This document shows, piece after piece, positions 53,108 through 62,124 of a DNA stretch of 64,000 nt. The DNA comes from an uncultured virus (IMG/VR IMGVR_UViG_3300048576_000587) (Duplodnaviria > Heunggongvirae > Uroviricota > Caudoviricetes), in the IMG/VR virus record IMGVR_UViG_3300048576_000587; one strand, given 5' to 3'. The translations under genes and the position numbers were made by a program. Under the pieces are notes generated by a model that saw only the letters and a program-made list of their open reading frames with translations, searched no databases and was not told the origin of the DNA. Position 1 is the first letter of the stretch, and each line of letters begins with the position of its first letter.

Positions 53108-53593
53108 ATGACACCGCTTGCATTACAGGAATTTTTGGTAACTGAAATTTCGACACTCCTGGAAGGTCTTCAACTAAAAAATGAAGCCGGTGAACTTTCC
53201 AATATCGCTGTTTTTTCGCAATATCTCCCGGTCGACGAAACAGGACAAAAGGTCGAGCCATTTCCTTATGTCCGGGTGATCCTTAAATTCGGCAAAGATC
53301 CGGATGAGACCGGCCCTTATCAATGGATTGTCGATTTCATCGCCGGGGTTTGCGACAAAAGTGTTGATTGCCAGGGTTATCGGGATGCTTTCAATGTGTT
53401 GCAAAAAATCTATGATCATTTAATGCGCTGGCGTATCTTCGATCAGAAATATGAAGTTGGATATCCCGTCAAATGGAAACTCATGGGCGGTGCATGGCAA
53501 TTCATCGATGATAGCCAATACCCATATTTCCACGTTGGCTTAAAAACAGTTTGGACTATCGGTAAGATTACGATGGCTGATACTTTTGACTAA
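53108..53593 (+). CDS. Putative tail terminator/completion protein
   Basis: Q.LP...FPYV.V...G...GYRD..N; directly upstream of the sheath. Confidence 0.65.
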   Translation: MTPLALQEFLVTEISTLLEGLQLKNEAGELSNIAVFSQYLPVDETGQKVEPFPYVRVILKFGKDPDETGPYQWIVDFIAGVCDKSVDCQGYRDAFNVLQKIYDHLMRWRIFDQKYEVGYPVKWKLMGGAWQFIDDSQYPYFHVGLKTVWTIGKITMADTFD

Positions 53594-53613
53594 AATGAGA
53601 GGAGAGATTCAAT

Positions 53614-55080
53614 TTGGCGTATACTCATGGTGTTTATATCAATGAAAACTCGACTGCGGTGGTAGCTCCGATCACCTCCGACAGTGGAGTGCAGTTTGTG
53701 GTGGGCACCGCCCCGATCAATCGGTTGGCTGACCCATCAGGGGCAGTCAATAAACCGATCTTAATTAATTCCCTATCGGAAGCCGTTACCAGGTTGGGTT
53801 ATTCCGGCGATTTCACGAAATTTACAATTTGCCAGTCGGTCAATGCTTCATTTAATATTTATAATGTGGCTCCATTGGTGGTCGTAAACGTGTTAGATCC
53901 TGATAAACATAAGACGGCGGTTGCAAACGAACTTCATAGCATCGACAATAATAAAATCACGATTGCTGAAGAGGGAATCTTACTTGGCGGTTTTATAGTC
54001 AAAAGCGCCGACGGCGCTACGACTTATACCAATTCAACCGATTATACCCTGGCCTTCGATGATGATGGTTATGTGGTATTAACGGTAGTAAAAACCGGAA
54101 CCATTCCGGTTACGGCCACGCAGTTATCTTTGAGCTATAACAAGCTCAATCCTTCATTGGTAACCAAGGAAGACATCATTGGCAGTTACGACAGCGCAAC
54201 CGGCAAATATACCGGGCTGCAAAACATCGAACAGGTTTACCCGGTCCACGGAATCGTCCCCGGATTAATCGTAATTCCCGGTTGGAGCCAGATCCCGGAG
54301 GTCGGCATCGCCATGATGGCCAAGACTGAAGATATTAACGGCTGTTATAAATGCATGGCCGTTTTGGATGTCGATACCGACAAAACAGGCGGCGCCTATA
54401 CTTATCAGGATGTTCTAACCTGGAAGAATTCAAAATCCTATACCAGCGCAAACTCCGTCGTCTACTGGCCAAAGGTGGTGGTCGGCGATGTCCAGTACTG
54501 GTTCAGCGCAGTCGCTGCAGCTTTAATCGCTTATACCGATGCCAACAACGACAATGTGCCTTATGTATCACCATCCAACAAAAGTTTCAAGATTACCGGT
54601 ACGGTTTTGAGTGACGGTTCCGAGGTCTATCTCTCCCAGGCCCAGGGCAATTATTTAAACGGCAACGGCATTGTAACCGCCGTCAACTTAAATGGCTGGC
54701 GGTTATGGGGCAACAACACCGGCATTTACCCGTCCAGTACCGATGTGAAAGACCGTTTCATCCCGGTGCGGCGGATGTTCTCCTGGTGGGGCAATAGTTT
54801 TATTTTAACATACTTCCAAAAGGTTGATGATCCGATGAATACTCGCTTGATTGAAGCGATTGTGGACAGCGAGAATATCCGGGCCAACGGATATAAGGCC
54901 CGTTATCAGATCGCCGATGCCCGCATCGAATTCCGGATGGATGAGAATCCAACCACCGACCTGTTGAACGGGAAGATTCGTTTTCATCAATACCTTACTC
55001 CGTTCCCACCGGCGGAGACCATCATCGACACTTTGGAATTTGACGCCAATGCCTTAACTACAGCTTTGGGAGGTAAATAA
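53614..55080 (+). CDS. Contractile tail sheath (P2 FI-like)
   Basis: HGVYINE, VGTAP, NVLDP, SPSNK, GWRLWGN, RFIPVRRMF. Confidence 0.93.
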   Translation: MAYTHGVYINENSTAVVAPITSDSGVQFVVGTAPINRLADPSGAVNKPILINSLSEAVTRLGYSGDFTKFTICQSVNASFNIYNVAPLVVVNVLDPDKHKTAVANELHSIDNNKITIAEEGILLGGFIVKSADGATTYTNSTDYTLAFDDDGYVVLTVVKTGTIPVTATQLSLSYNKLNPSLVTKEDIIGSYDSATGKYTGLQNIEQVYPVHGIVPGLIVIPGWSQIPEVGIAMMAKTEDINGCYKCMAVLDVDTDKTGGAYTYQDVLTWKNSKSYTSANSVVYWPKVVVGDVQYWFSAVAAALIAYTDANNDNVPYVSPSNKSFKITGTVLSDGSEVYLSQAQGNYLNGNGIVTAVNLNGWRLWGNNTGIYPSSTDVKDRFIPVRRMFSWWGNSFILTYFQKVDDPMNTRLIEAIVDSENIRANGYKARYQIADARIEFRMDENPTTDLLNGKIRFHQYLTPFPPAETIIDTLEFDANALTTALGGK

Positions 55081-55082
55081 TC

Positions 55083-55604
55083 ATGAGTGTGAACGCTATT
55101 CCTGAGAAGATCGTCAATTTTAACATCTATGATGAGGGTGAAAAGCTGGTTGGAATCTCCGGCGAGGTCAAGCTGCCGAAGTTGGAAGGCAAAGGAGATA
55201 CCATATCCGGAGCCGGGATTGCCGGTGAGTTTGAAAGCCAGACCCCGGGCCATTTCGGCAATATCGATATCGAGATTCCGTTTCAGACCGTCCTGGATAA
55301 AAGCTTTTCACTCATGGCCCCCGGAGGTAAAACCTTGATTTTACGGGGTTCCCAACAGAGTTATGACGTTTCGGCGGGTACCATCAATTATGTACCCCTG
55401 AAGATCACCCTCAAGGTGGTCCCCAAGGGTCTGGATCTTGGGACACTAGGGGTTGGAAAAAAGACGGATACCAAGAACACGCTAACGGTTCTTTATATCA
55501 AGATCGATGTGAACGGTAAAACCATGCTGGAACTGGATAAGCTTAATTTCATCTATAAGGTCAACGGAACGGATGTATTCGAAACCATTCGTGAACAAAT
55601 TTAA
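55083..55604 (+). CDS. Tail tube (P2 FII-like)
   Basis: NFNIY...V.LP...GAGIAGE...ELDKLN.IYKVNG.D. Confidence 0.9.
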   Translation: MSVNAIPEKIVNFNIYDEGEKLVGISGEVKLPKLEGKGDTISGAGIAGEFESQTPGHFGNIDIEIPFQTVLDKSFSLMAPGGKTLILRGSQQSYDVSAGTINYVPLKITLKVVPKGLDLGTLGVGKKTDTKNTLTVLYIKIDVNGKTMLELDKLNFIYKVNGTDVFETIREQI

Positions 55605-55621
55605 GCGGGAAAGGGAAAAAG

Positions 55622-55912
55622 ATGGCTAACCAATACTTAATTGAGTTCAAGAATCCATATATCTTCGAAGATAAAGAGTATACCCAAATTGATCTCATAG
55701 GCCTTGAGTCGTTGACGGCCAAAGACCTGATTGATGCGGAAAAACAGTTCGCAGCCAGCGGCCAAGTGGCAGCGATCAATGAGATGAACATCGGTTATGT
55801 CTGTATTGTGGCAGCCAAAGCCAGCAAACAGCCGGTGGAATTTTTCGAAAAACTCCCGGCCAACGAGGCCATCAAGGTCAAAAATGCGGTGACCGGTTTT
55901 TTCTATCTGTAG
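55622..55912 (+). CDS. Tail assembly chaperone (gp41/E-like)
   Basis: LTAKDLIDAEK...PVEFFEKLP..E..KVKNAV.GFF; slippery T TTT TTC. Confidence 0.85.
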   Translation: MANQYLIEFKNPYIFEDKEYTQIDLIGLESLTAKDLIDAEKQFAASGQVAAINEMNIGYVCIVAAKASKQPVEFFEKLPANEAIKVKNAVTGFFYL

Positions 55913-56067
55913 GATTTAGAGCCGGAGACGGACGGCAGCTGCTGAAGCTGGCCGTCCGTCTTGCTTTACAATCCTTTACCAGCATTGAATTTTTTATCAA
56001 TCTTGCTTTAAACGACCTTTTTGAAATCGCCATGGAGATAAAGGAGGCGAATCGTATCGATGGCTGA
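55897..56067 (+). CDS. -1 frameshift extension of chaperone 2
   Basis: TTTTTTC 55897-55903; -1 frame ...DGRQLLKLAVRLALQSFTSIEFFINLALNDLFEIA... open to the tape measure start. Confidence 0.75.
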   Translation, partial: FFLSVGFRAGDGRQLLKLAVRLALQSFTSIEFFINLALNDLFEIAMEIKEANRIDG

Positions 56068-57829
56068 TGATAAAGCGACTGAAACCCAAAACAAGGTTGA
56101 AACAACAGCTTTAAAAAACTTGACTCAAGTCTTCACGGCGAATAAACAGAATTTGGAAGCTGTTGAACAACAGGTTAAATTGAATGAAAAGAACGCTAAG
56201 CTGTGGCAAAGTATCATCAAGTCCGTTAGCGGCAATTTTGGTTTTAGTTTTAACATGGAGATGGCCGAGAAATCAATCGCAATCTATAATCAATCAGTTC
56301 TGCTCCAATTAAAACTAAGTACATTAATGAAACAAAGAACCAACGCTACTGATCAACAGATAGGTTCAATCACTAAGCTGGCGACAGAGCAACAAAAAAC
56401 CGGGGTTATTGATGACGATGTCTTGATTGCCGGTACTCAGCAACTAACAAATTATCTTACGCAGACAAATTCGATAAAGTTACTTCTCCCAGTCATGGGT
56501 GATTTATTAGCCGCCCAAATGAGTGTAAATGCAACCAGTAAGGATGCAGTAGAAATCGGGAGTTTAATGGGGGAAGTTTTTAATGGCCAGGTTGAAGATT
56601 TGAAAAAACTGGGCCTTCAATACAATGAAAGTCAAGAAAAGGTCTTGCGATACGGAACTGAACAACAAAAAGCAGCAATGCTGGCTGAGATAGTTAACAA
56701 AAATATGGGTCATAAAAATACGGCTTTGGCCAAAACAGATCCCGGGAAAGTGGCTCAATCCAATAACTTGTTTAATGATCAGTTAAAGGTAGCGGGGCAA
56801 GAAGTAGCTTCCCTTCAAGGCAAAGGAGCCCAATTTGTTGTCGATAATTGGAATAAAATTCAACTTGCCATTGAAGCGGTGACAATAGCTTTACTTGCGA
56901 ATAAAGCGGCTACTTTGGCGGTTACAATTGCGCAACAAGCCGGATTGGTAATCAAAGCATTATCGACTGCATGGACTTATGCGGCATTGGCAGTGGACAT
57001 GCTTCGAAAAGGAGAAACCCTGGCGGCTACCGCCCAGTGGATTCTGAATGCAGCGATGGAAGCTAATCCGGTGGGGATAGTAATTGCCGGATTAACCGTA
57101 TTGATTGGTTTAGGGTATTTACTCATTAAAAACTGGGACAAAGTGAAAGCATTTTTAATTAACCTCTGGAACGGCATTAAAACCACTTTTTCCAATGCGC
57201 TGAACTTCATTTGGAATCTGTTTGACAATAAATATATCCAGGCCGCCTTGCTGATTTTTACGCCGTTGATCGGTTTGCCAGTGGTGATTATTAAGAACTG
57301 GGATAAAATCAAAGTCTTTTTCAGTAATTTATGGAACGGCATCACGACTGTGTTTGTCGGTGCGGTGGAATGGATTTATAATTTCGTGATGAACATCTGG
57401 AACAAACTGAAAGGAATTTTTGACGCGATTGGCGGCTTTTTCGCCAAGATTTTTGGCGGCAAAAACAATCAGGCGACGATCCAAATTCAATCACAGTCAA
57501 AAGGTGCGACTGCCAAAGTCCCGAAACATGCTGCCGGTACTTCGTATCATCCGGGAGGTTTGGCTCTGGTCGGTGAGGAAGGCCCGGAACTGATCAACTT
57601 GCCCCGTAGTAGCCAGGTTTTTTCCCATAGTAAAACCCAAAGCTTGTTGAATGGGATGGGAAGCGGCGGCGCCGGGATTACCGTTAATTATTCCCCTCAG
57701 ATCATCATCCAGGGCAATGCGGACGCCAAGGTGATGAAAACGGCCAATGACAATTCGTTTACCGATTTTGAACGGAAATTCAATGCACTGATGGACCGGC
57801 GGCGCCGGTTAAGTTTTGCCGGAGGTTGA
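56060..57829 (+). CDS. Tape measure protein
   Basis: Helical; AAMEANP.G, KNWDK repeats, HAAGT...ALVGEEGPEL. Confidence 0.9.
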   Translation: MADDKATETQNKVETTALKNLTQVFTANKQNLEAVEQQVKLNEKNAKLWQSIIKSVSGNFGFSFNMEMAEKSIAIYNQSVLLQLKLSTLMKQRTNATDQQIGSITKLATEQQKTGVIDDDVLIAGTQQLTNYLTQTNSIKLLLPVMGDLLAAQMSVNATSKDAVEIGSLMGEVFNGQVEDLKKLGLQYNESQEKVLRYGTEQQKAAMLAEIVNKNMGHKNTALAKTDPGKVAQSNNLFNDQLKVAGQEVASLQGKGAQFVVDNWNKIQLAIEAVTIALLANKAATLAVTIAQQAGLVIKALSTAWTYAALAVDMLRKGETLAATAQWILNAAMEANPVGIVIAGLTVLIGLGYLLIKNWDKVKAFLINLWNGIKTTFSNALNFIWNLFDNKYIQAALLIFTPLIGLPVVIIKNWDKIKVFFSNLWNGITTVFVGAVEWIYNFVMNIWNKLKGIFDAIGGFFAKIFGGKNNQATIQIQSQSKGATAKVPKHAAGTSYHPGGLALVGEEGPELINLPRSSQVFSHSKTQSLLNGMGSGGAGITVNYSPQIIIQGNADAKVMKTANDNSFTDFERKFNALMDRRRRLSFAGG

Positions 57830-57833
57830 TAAC

Positions 57834-58049
57834 ATGGCGGGCACATATCAAACCAAACTGGGCGATACTTTTGACAGTATCGCCTTTGCGCTACTGGGGG
57901 ACGAAAAGTATACCCGGGAACTGATGGAGGCCAATCCGGAGTATCTTGATGTGGTCATTTTTTCAGGGGGGATTGATATAACTATCCCTGATATTCGTAA
58001 TTCAAATACTGCAGCCGGTAAAGCGCCGCCATGGAGGAGTAAATCATGA
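57834..58049 (+). CDS. Tail protein X-like
   Basis: YQTK.GDTFD.IA...G.E....L.EANP...PPW. Confidence 0.88.
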   Translation: MAGTYQTKLGDTFDSIAFALLGDEKYTRELMEANPEYLDVVIFSGGIDITIPDIRNSNTAAGKAPPWRSKS

Positions 58050-59056
58050 AGACCAGACGGGCCAGTATTCAATTGATCTATGAAGGCAAAAACATTACCG
58101 ATGATGTGACCCCGGACTTGCAAAGTTTTACCTATAACGACAACGCCTCCGGCATGTCGGATGATGTTTCCATTGAACTGAAAGACGACTCAAGAAAATG
58201 GATCTCTTCCTGGGCCCCGGCCAAGGGTGATATCATCATACCGGCCATCATTACCGAGAATTGGAATTCCGAAGGGGATTATCAAAGCCTTGATTGCGGC
58301 TGGTTTGTTATTGACGAACCCAGCTATAGCGGTAGGCCGCGTGTTTTAAGTTTGGGCGCAATCTCGGCGCCAGCGGATTCTGATTTTATGACAGTGGAGC
58401 GGAGCCGGACCTGGCAAAAGGCTTCGCTTAAAAAGATTGCCCAAACCATTGCCGGACACGCCAAGCTGGATTTATTTTTCAATTCATCGTCCAATCCGGT
58501 GATACCCTTTGTCGAGCAAAGCAGGGAGTCCGATGCGGCTTTTCTATCCAATCTGTGCCAGAAGAACGGGTTAGCAATCAAGATCTACAATCAAGAGATT
58601 GTCATCTTCAACGAAATGGAGTATGAAGCCGGCTCACCGGTAATGACCATCGGCGAAATCGATTTACTGCAATGGAATGCCAGGACCACTTTTACCGATA
58701 CGGGGTATGATGGTTGCAAAATCGCTTATACCAATCCCAAATCGAACACTACGTTTACTTACACTTTCAAGCCGCCCGGCAGAACCGGAAGCAAGATTTA
58801 TCGGATGAACGAGACGACCGGCAGTCTGGCGGAAGCTGAGCAATATGCCCGATGTAAACTGCGGGAACTCAATAAAAAGGAGTATGCATTAAGCCTGGAG
58901 CTACCTGGTAATCTTGAGTTATTCCCTACCCAGGTCGTAACCGTCAAAGACCTGGGTATTTTTAACGGCAATTATTATATTGACAAAGTCAGTCACAAGA
59001 TAGGCGGCGGCTTTACAACCAGTCTGGAACTTCATCAATGTCTGGTGGGATATTAA
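58046..59056 (+). CDS. Late control D-like baseplate hub
   Basis: Y.GKNIT, Y.D...G.SD, EQ..ESD..FL..L, G.Y.I..V.H. Confidence 0.9.
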   Translation: MKTRRASIQLIYEGKNITDDVTPDLQSFTYNDNASGMSDDVSIELKDDSRKWISSWAPAKGDIIIPAIITENWNSEGDYQSLDCGWFVIDEPSYSGRPRVLSLGAISAPADSDFMTVERSRTWQKASLKKIAQTIAGHAKLDLFFNSSSNPVIPFVEQSRESDAAFLSNLCQKNGLAIKIYNQEIVIFNEMEYEAGSPVMTIGEIDLLQWNARTTFTDTGYDGCKIAYTNPKSNTTFTYTFKPPGRTGSKIYRMNETTGSLAEAEQYARCKLRELNKKEYALSLELPGNLELFPTQVVTVKDLGIFNGNYYIDKVSHKIGGGFTTSLELHQCLVGY

Positions 59057-59581
59057 ATGATCAATTTTAAGAACCTGATCCGGATTGGAACGGTCTCATC
59101 CGTTAATTACAAGGAAGGCAAGCTGCGGGTCTGCTTTGAGGACCAGGATAAGATCGTAACCGATGAACTGCCGATGCTCTCCTTTGAATATGAGATGCCG
59201 GATGTGGGAGAGCCGGTATTGTGTTTGTTTCTGGGAAACGGGATCACCAACGGTTTTTGTCTGGGCCGGTATTATTATGATGGCGATCCGCCAATGCAAT
59301 GGGGACAAAATATTTATTTCAAGCGTTTTTTAAAAGACGCTACTCAAAGATATGATTCTACTGCCAAGACAATGACCTTTACCGCCAATAAATTTGTATT
59401 TAATGGAGATGTTACGATTCATGGTAATTTAGTAGTAAGCGGGAGTATCAATGCGGGTGGAGATATTGATTCCGGCGGCAATATGAACGCGAGTGGAAAT
59501 ATTACCGCAGGTGGTAATATCAATGCCGGTGGTTCGATCATTGATACCAGCGGCAATACAAACCACCATTCCCATCCATAA
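59057..59581 (+). CDS. Baseplate assembly V (spike)
   Basis: IRIGTVSSV, MPDVGE.V.C.F, beta-helix repeats, terminal HHSH. Confidence 0.9.
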   Translation: MINFKNLIRIGTVSSVNYKEGKLRVCFEDQDKIVTDELPMLSFEYEMPDVGEPVLCLFLGNGITNGFCLGRYYYDGDPPMQWGQNIYFKRFLKDATQRYDSTAKTMTFTANKFVFNGDVTIHGNLVVSGSINAGGDIDSGGNMNASGNITAGGNINAGGSIIDTSGNTNHHSHP

Positions 59582-59590
59582 TGAGGTGAT

Positions 59591-59986
59591 GTGATGATTG
59601 GTTATTTTGGTGACATTGTTTTTGAGGTGTCCGATGAAAAAATTTACACCTTCAATGGTTTTAAACTCGACGCTTCCGCCCGTTATAGCACGCACGAGAT
59701 TATTGGAGAGAAGCCGAAGACTGAATTCATCGCCCCGAATCTGAAAACGATTTCCCTCACCATCAGCTTGAATGGTGATTATGGGGTAACGCCCATGGAA
59801 GAGATGCACAAGTGGATCAGTCTGGCGGAAACGGGTGAGGCGGATTACCTGGTGATCGGCTGGGATGTTATGGGGGACGACAAATGGGTGGTCAAGTCGG
59901 TGAGCGAGGCCTGGGAGATCCTTTTTAGCGAGGGTGAGCTTTTTGCGGGCAAGATTGACGTTACGTTTGAAGAGTATATCTCCTGA
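59591..59986 (+). CDS. P2 GpU-like tail protein
   Basis: IG.FGDIVF...HE.IG.KPK.EF..P...FEEY. Confidence 0.88.
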   Translation: MMIGYFGDIVFEVSDEKIYTFNGFKLDASARYSTHEIIGEKPKTEFIAPNLKTISLTISLNGDYGVTPMEEMHKWISLAETGEADYLVIGWDVMGDDKWVVKSVSEAWEILFSEGELFAGKIDVTFEEYIS

Positions 59987-60006
59987 CGGGAAATGAGGGA
60001 TGAAAC

Positions 60007-60306
60007 ATGATTAATGCCGCGGATGTTAAAATCGACTTCGGTGCCGGGGGAAGCAGTGAGATCATCCAAAACATCAAAGTAATCTTGACGACCCCGGCCG
60101 GGACCGTCCCATTTGACCGGGATTTCGGTATTGATTTGGGGATTTTGGATGCTCCGATTGCTTTGGCCAAGGCCAAACTGACGGTAGAGTATATCAAAAA
60201 GGTCAAGAAATACGAATCCCGGGCGAAAGTGGAGAAAATAACCTTTGATCATAACGCCATAAACGGTTATCTGGTTCCCAAGGTGGTGATCGGTCTTGCC
60301 GGCTAA
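60007..60306 (+). CDS. GpW/gp25-like baseplate protein
   Basis: IIQNI..ILTTPAGTVPFDRDFG...YESR. Confidence 0.88.
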   Translation: MINAADVKIDFGAGGSSEIIQNIKVILTTPAGTVPFDRDFGIDLGILDAPIALAKAKLTVEYIKKVKKYESRAKVEKITFDHNAINGYLVPKVVIGLAG

Positions 60307-61459
60307 TTTGGATGCTTTAAATAATTTACCGGATATCGACTTTGTAGCGAAAGACGTGGATACGCTTTTAGCCGATATGATCGCTGAGTATCAAAACGCC
60401 TATAAAGAATCTACCGGCCAGTCAAAAACGTTGGCCGCCGGTGATCCGGTCCGGATTTGGATCTATGCCCAGGCGCTACGGATCTATACCGCCTATCAAC
60501 TCATTGACAGGGCGGCTAAAAATAATTTATTGAAATATTCTAGCGGCGGATACCTGGAGAACCTGGGGGCCAGGATCGGGGTGACCCGGAAAGACGCAAC
60601 CGCGGCCAGGGTTAGCCAAAAATTCAGTTTGGCCCAGTCCCAAAATTTCGTAGTCGCTATTCCGAAAGGCACCCGGGTCAGCGCCGGAGGGGATGTTTTT
60701 TTTGCAACCACCGAAGATGCCGGGATAGCGGCCGGTGCTACAGGGGTTGAAGTGACGGCGGAATGCACTGAGCCCGGGACTATCGGCAATAATTATGTTG
60801 TGAATCAGATAACGACACTGGTTGATCCGATCCCCTATATTGCGGGTACGACGAATATAACTCAAAGCCAGGGCGGATCTGATAAAGAAGATGATGATTC
60901 CTTGCGGGAAAGGATCTTTACCAAACCGGAATCTTTCAGCGTGGCCGGGCCCAGCGGGGCCTATGAATATTTTGTCAAAGACTGTGATTCCTCGATTACG
61001 GATGTCAAAGTTATGGGGGGTAATGGCAAGGTTGATGTGTACTTTATCCTTGAAAACGGGGAATTACCGGAAGAACCGTTAAGAGAAAAAGTGGCCGGGT
61101 ATCTGTCTGCCGACACCCGGAGACCGTTAACCGATAATGTCAATGTTTTCAGGCCAGGTACGGTAAATTACTCCTTAAATATCGACTACTATATTAAAAA
61201 ATCGGATCAAGGTTCGATCAGTACCATCAAAACCGCAGTTAGCACAGCAGTAAACGAATACATTGTCTGGCAGAGATCCAAAATCGGGCGGGATATTAAT
61301 CCCGCCAAACTGGTGGCGATGGTCATGAACGCCGGAGCCAGCCGGGTGATTGTCAATAAACCTGCATATACCGCCGTCGGAGATACGGAATTGGCAATAA
61401 TTTCAGGTGATCCGGTGATTAATGCCCATGACAAGCCGGGAGAGTTGGAAGATGAGTGA
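60296..61459 (+). CDS. Baseplate J-like protein
   Basis: NLLKYS.G.YL.NLG, FSVAGPSGAYEY, RPLTDNV, GRDINP. Confidence 0.92.
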   Translation: MPANLDALNNLPDIDFVAKDVDTLLADMIAEYQNAYKESTGQSKTLAAGDPVRIWIYAQALRIYTAYQLIDRAAKNNLLKYSSGGYLENLGARIGVTRKDATAARVSQKFSLAQSQNFVVAIPKGTRVSAGGDVFFATTEDAGIAAGATGVEVTAECTEPGTIGNNYVVNQITTLVDPIPYIAGTTNITQSQGGSDKEDDDSLRERIFTKPESFSVAGPSGAYEYFVKDCDSSITDVKVMGGNGKVDVYFILENGELPEEPLREKVAGYLSADTRRPLTDNVNVFRPGTVNYSLNIDYYIKKSDQGSISTIKTAVSTAVNEYIVWQRSKIGRDINPAKLVAMVMNAGASRVIVNKPAYTAVGDTELAIISGDPVINAHDKPGELEDE

Positions 61460-62123
61460 AGCAGGAAAAACAAAATATGGTACTACGATTTATGGGGTTA
61501 CCCTTTTGGAAATACTGCCGGAGAACCTGCGCAGCGATCCCGATATCATCGCCGCCAGCCTGGCGGTTGACAGGGAGTTTCTGGCGCTGGCCCATTGGAT
61601 CAAAAACTGCCGGACCATCGCCGATATCGACAATGCCGGTTCGGAAGTGATCGATAACCTGGCCGGAGAGATCAATGTCGACTTTTACGATCAAGCCTTG
61701 CCGCTAGAGAAACGGCGGGAATTGGTCAAAAACGGTTATCTGTATAAATACCGCAAAGGCACGGCTTATGCGGTGAAACAGATCGTCAGCGACGCCTTTG
61801 ATCAGACCGAGGTGCAGGAGTGGTTTGACTATGGCGGGGAACCGTATCATTTTAAAATTTCCACCGAGACCAATCTGCCGGATGAAAATAAAATCAGTGA
61901 GGTGGTGCGGGCGGTGAACTCGGTGAAAAACGCCCGTTCTTCGCTTGAGTGTGTCGAGGCTTTGAAAAGGAGCAATTTGAATACTTACTACGGGTTTGGG
62001 GTTCTGCAGACCTGCTATCATACGATTATGCAAAAGGATGAGGCATTGGAAAACAGTAATTTAAACACGTATTACGGGTTTGGAATTAAGCAGACCTGTT
62101 ATCATACGATAATGGAGGTATAA
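61452..62123 (+). CDS. Tail protein I-like
   Basis: ID.LA....VDFYD, KGT..AV, EWFDYGGEPYHF, KNARS. Confidence 0.9.
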   Translation: MSEAGKTKYGTTIYGVTLLEILPENLRSDPDIIAASLAVDREFLALAHWIKNCRTIADIDNAGSEVIDNLAGEINVDFYDQALPLEKRRELVKNGYLYKYRKGTAYAVKQIVSDAFDQTEVQEWFDYGGEPYHFKISTETNLPDENKISEVVRAVNSVKNARSSLECVEALKRSNLNTYYGFGVLQTCYHTIMQKDEALENSNLNTYYGFGIKQTCYHTIMEV

Positions 62124-62124
62124 A

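Noticed and set aside
6301..62033. Numerous 60-200 aa antisense or out-of-frame ORFs in the track (e.g. 6301-6876, 41955-42524, 46408-47022)
   Set aside because: They are shadows of well-supported genes, with no motifs or RBS
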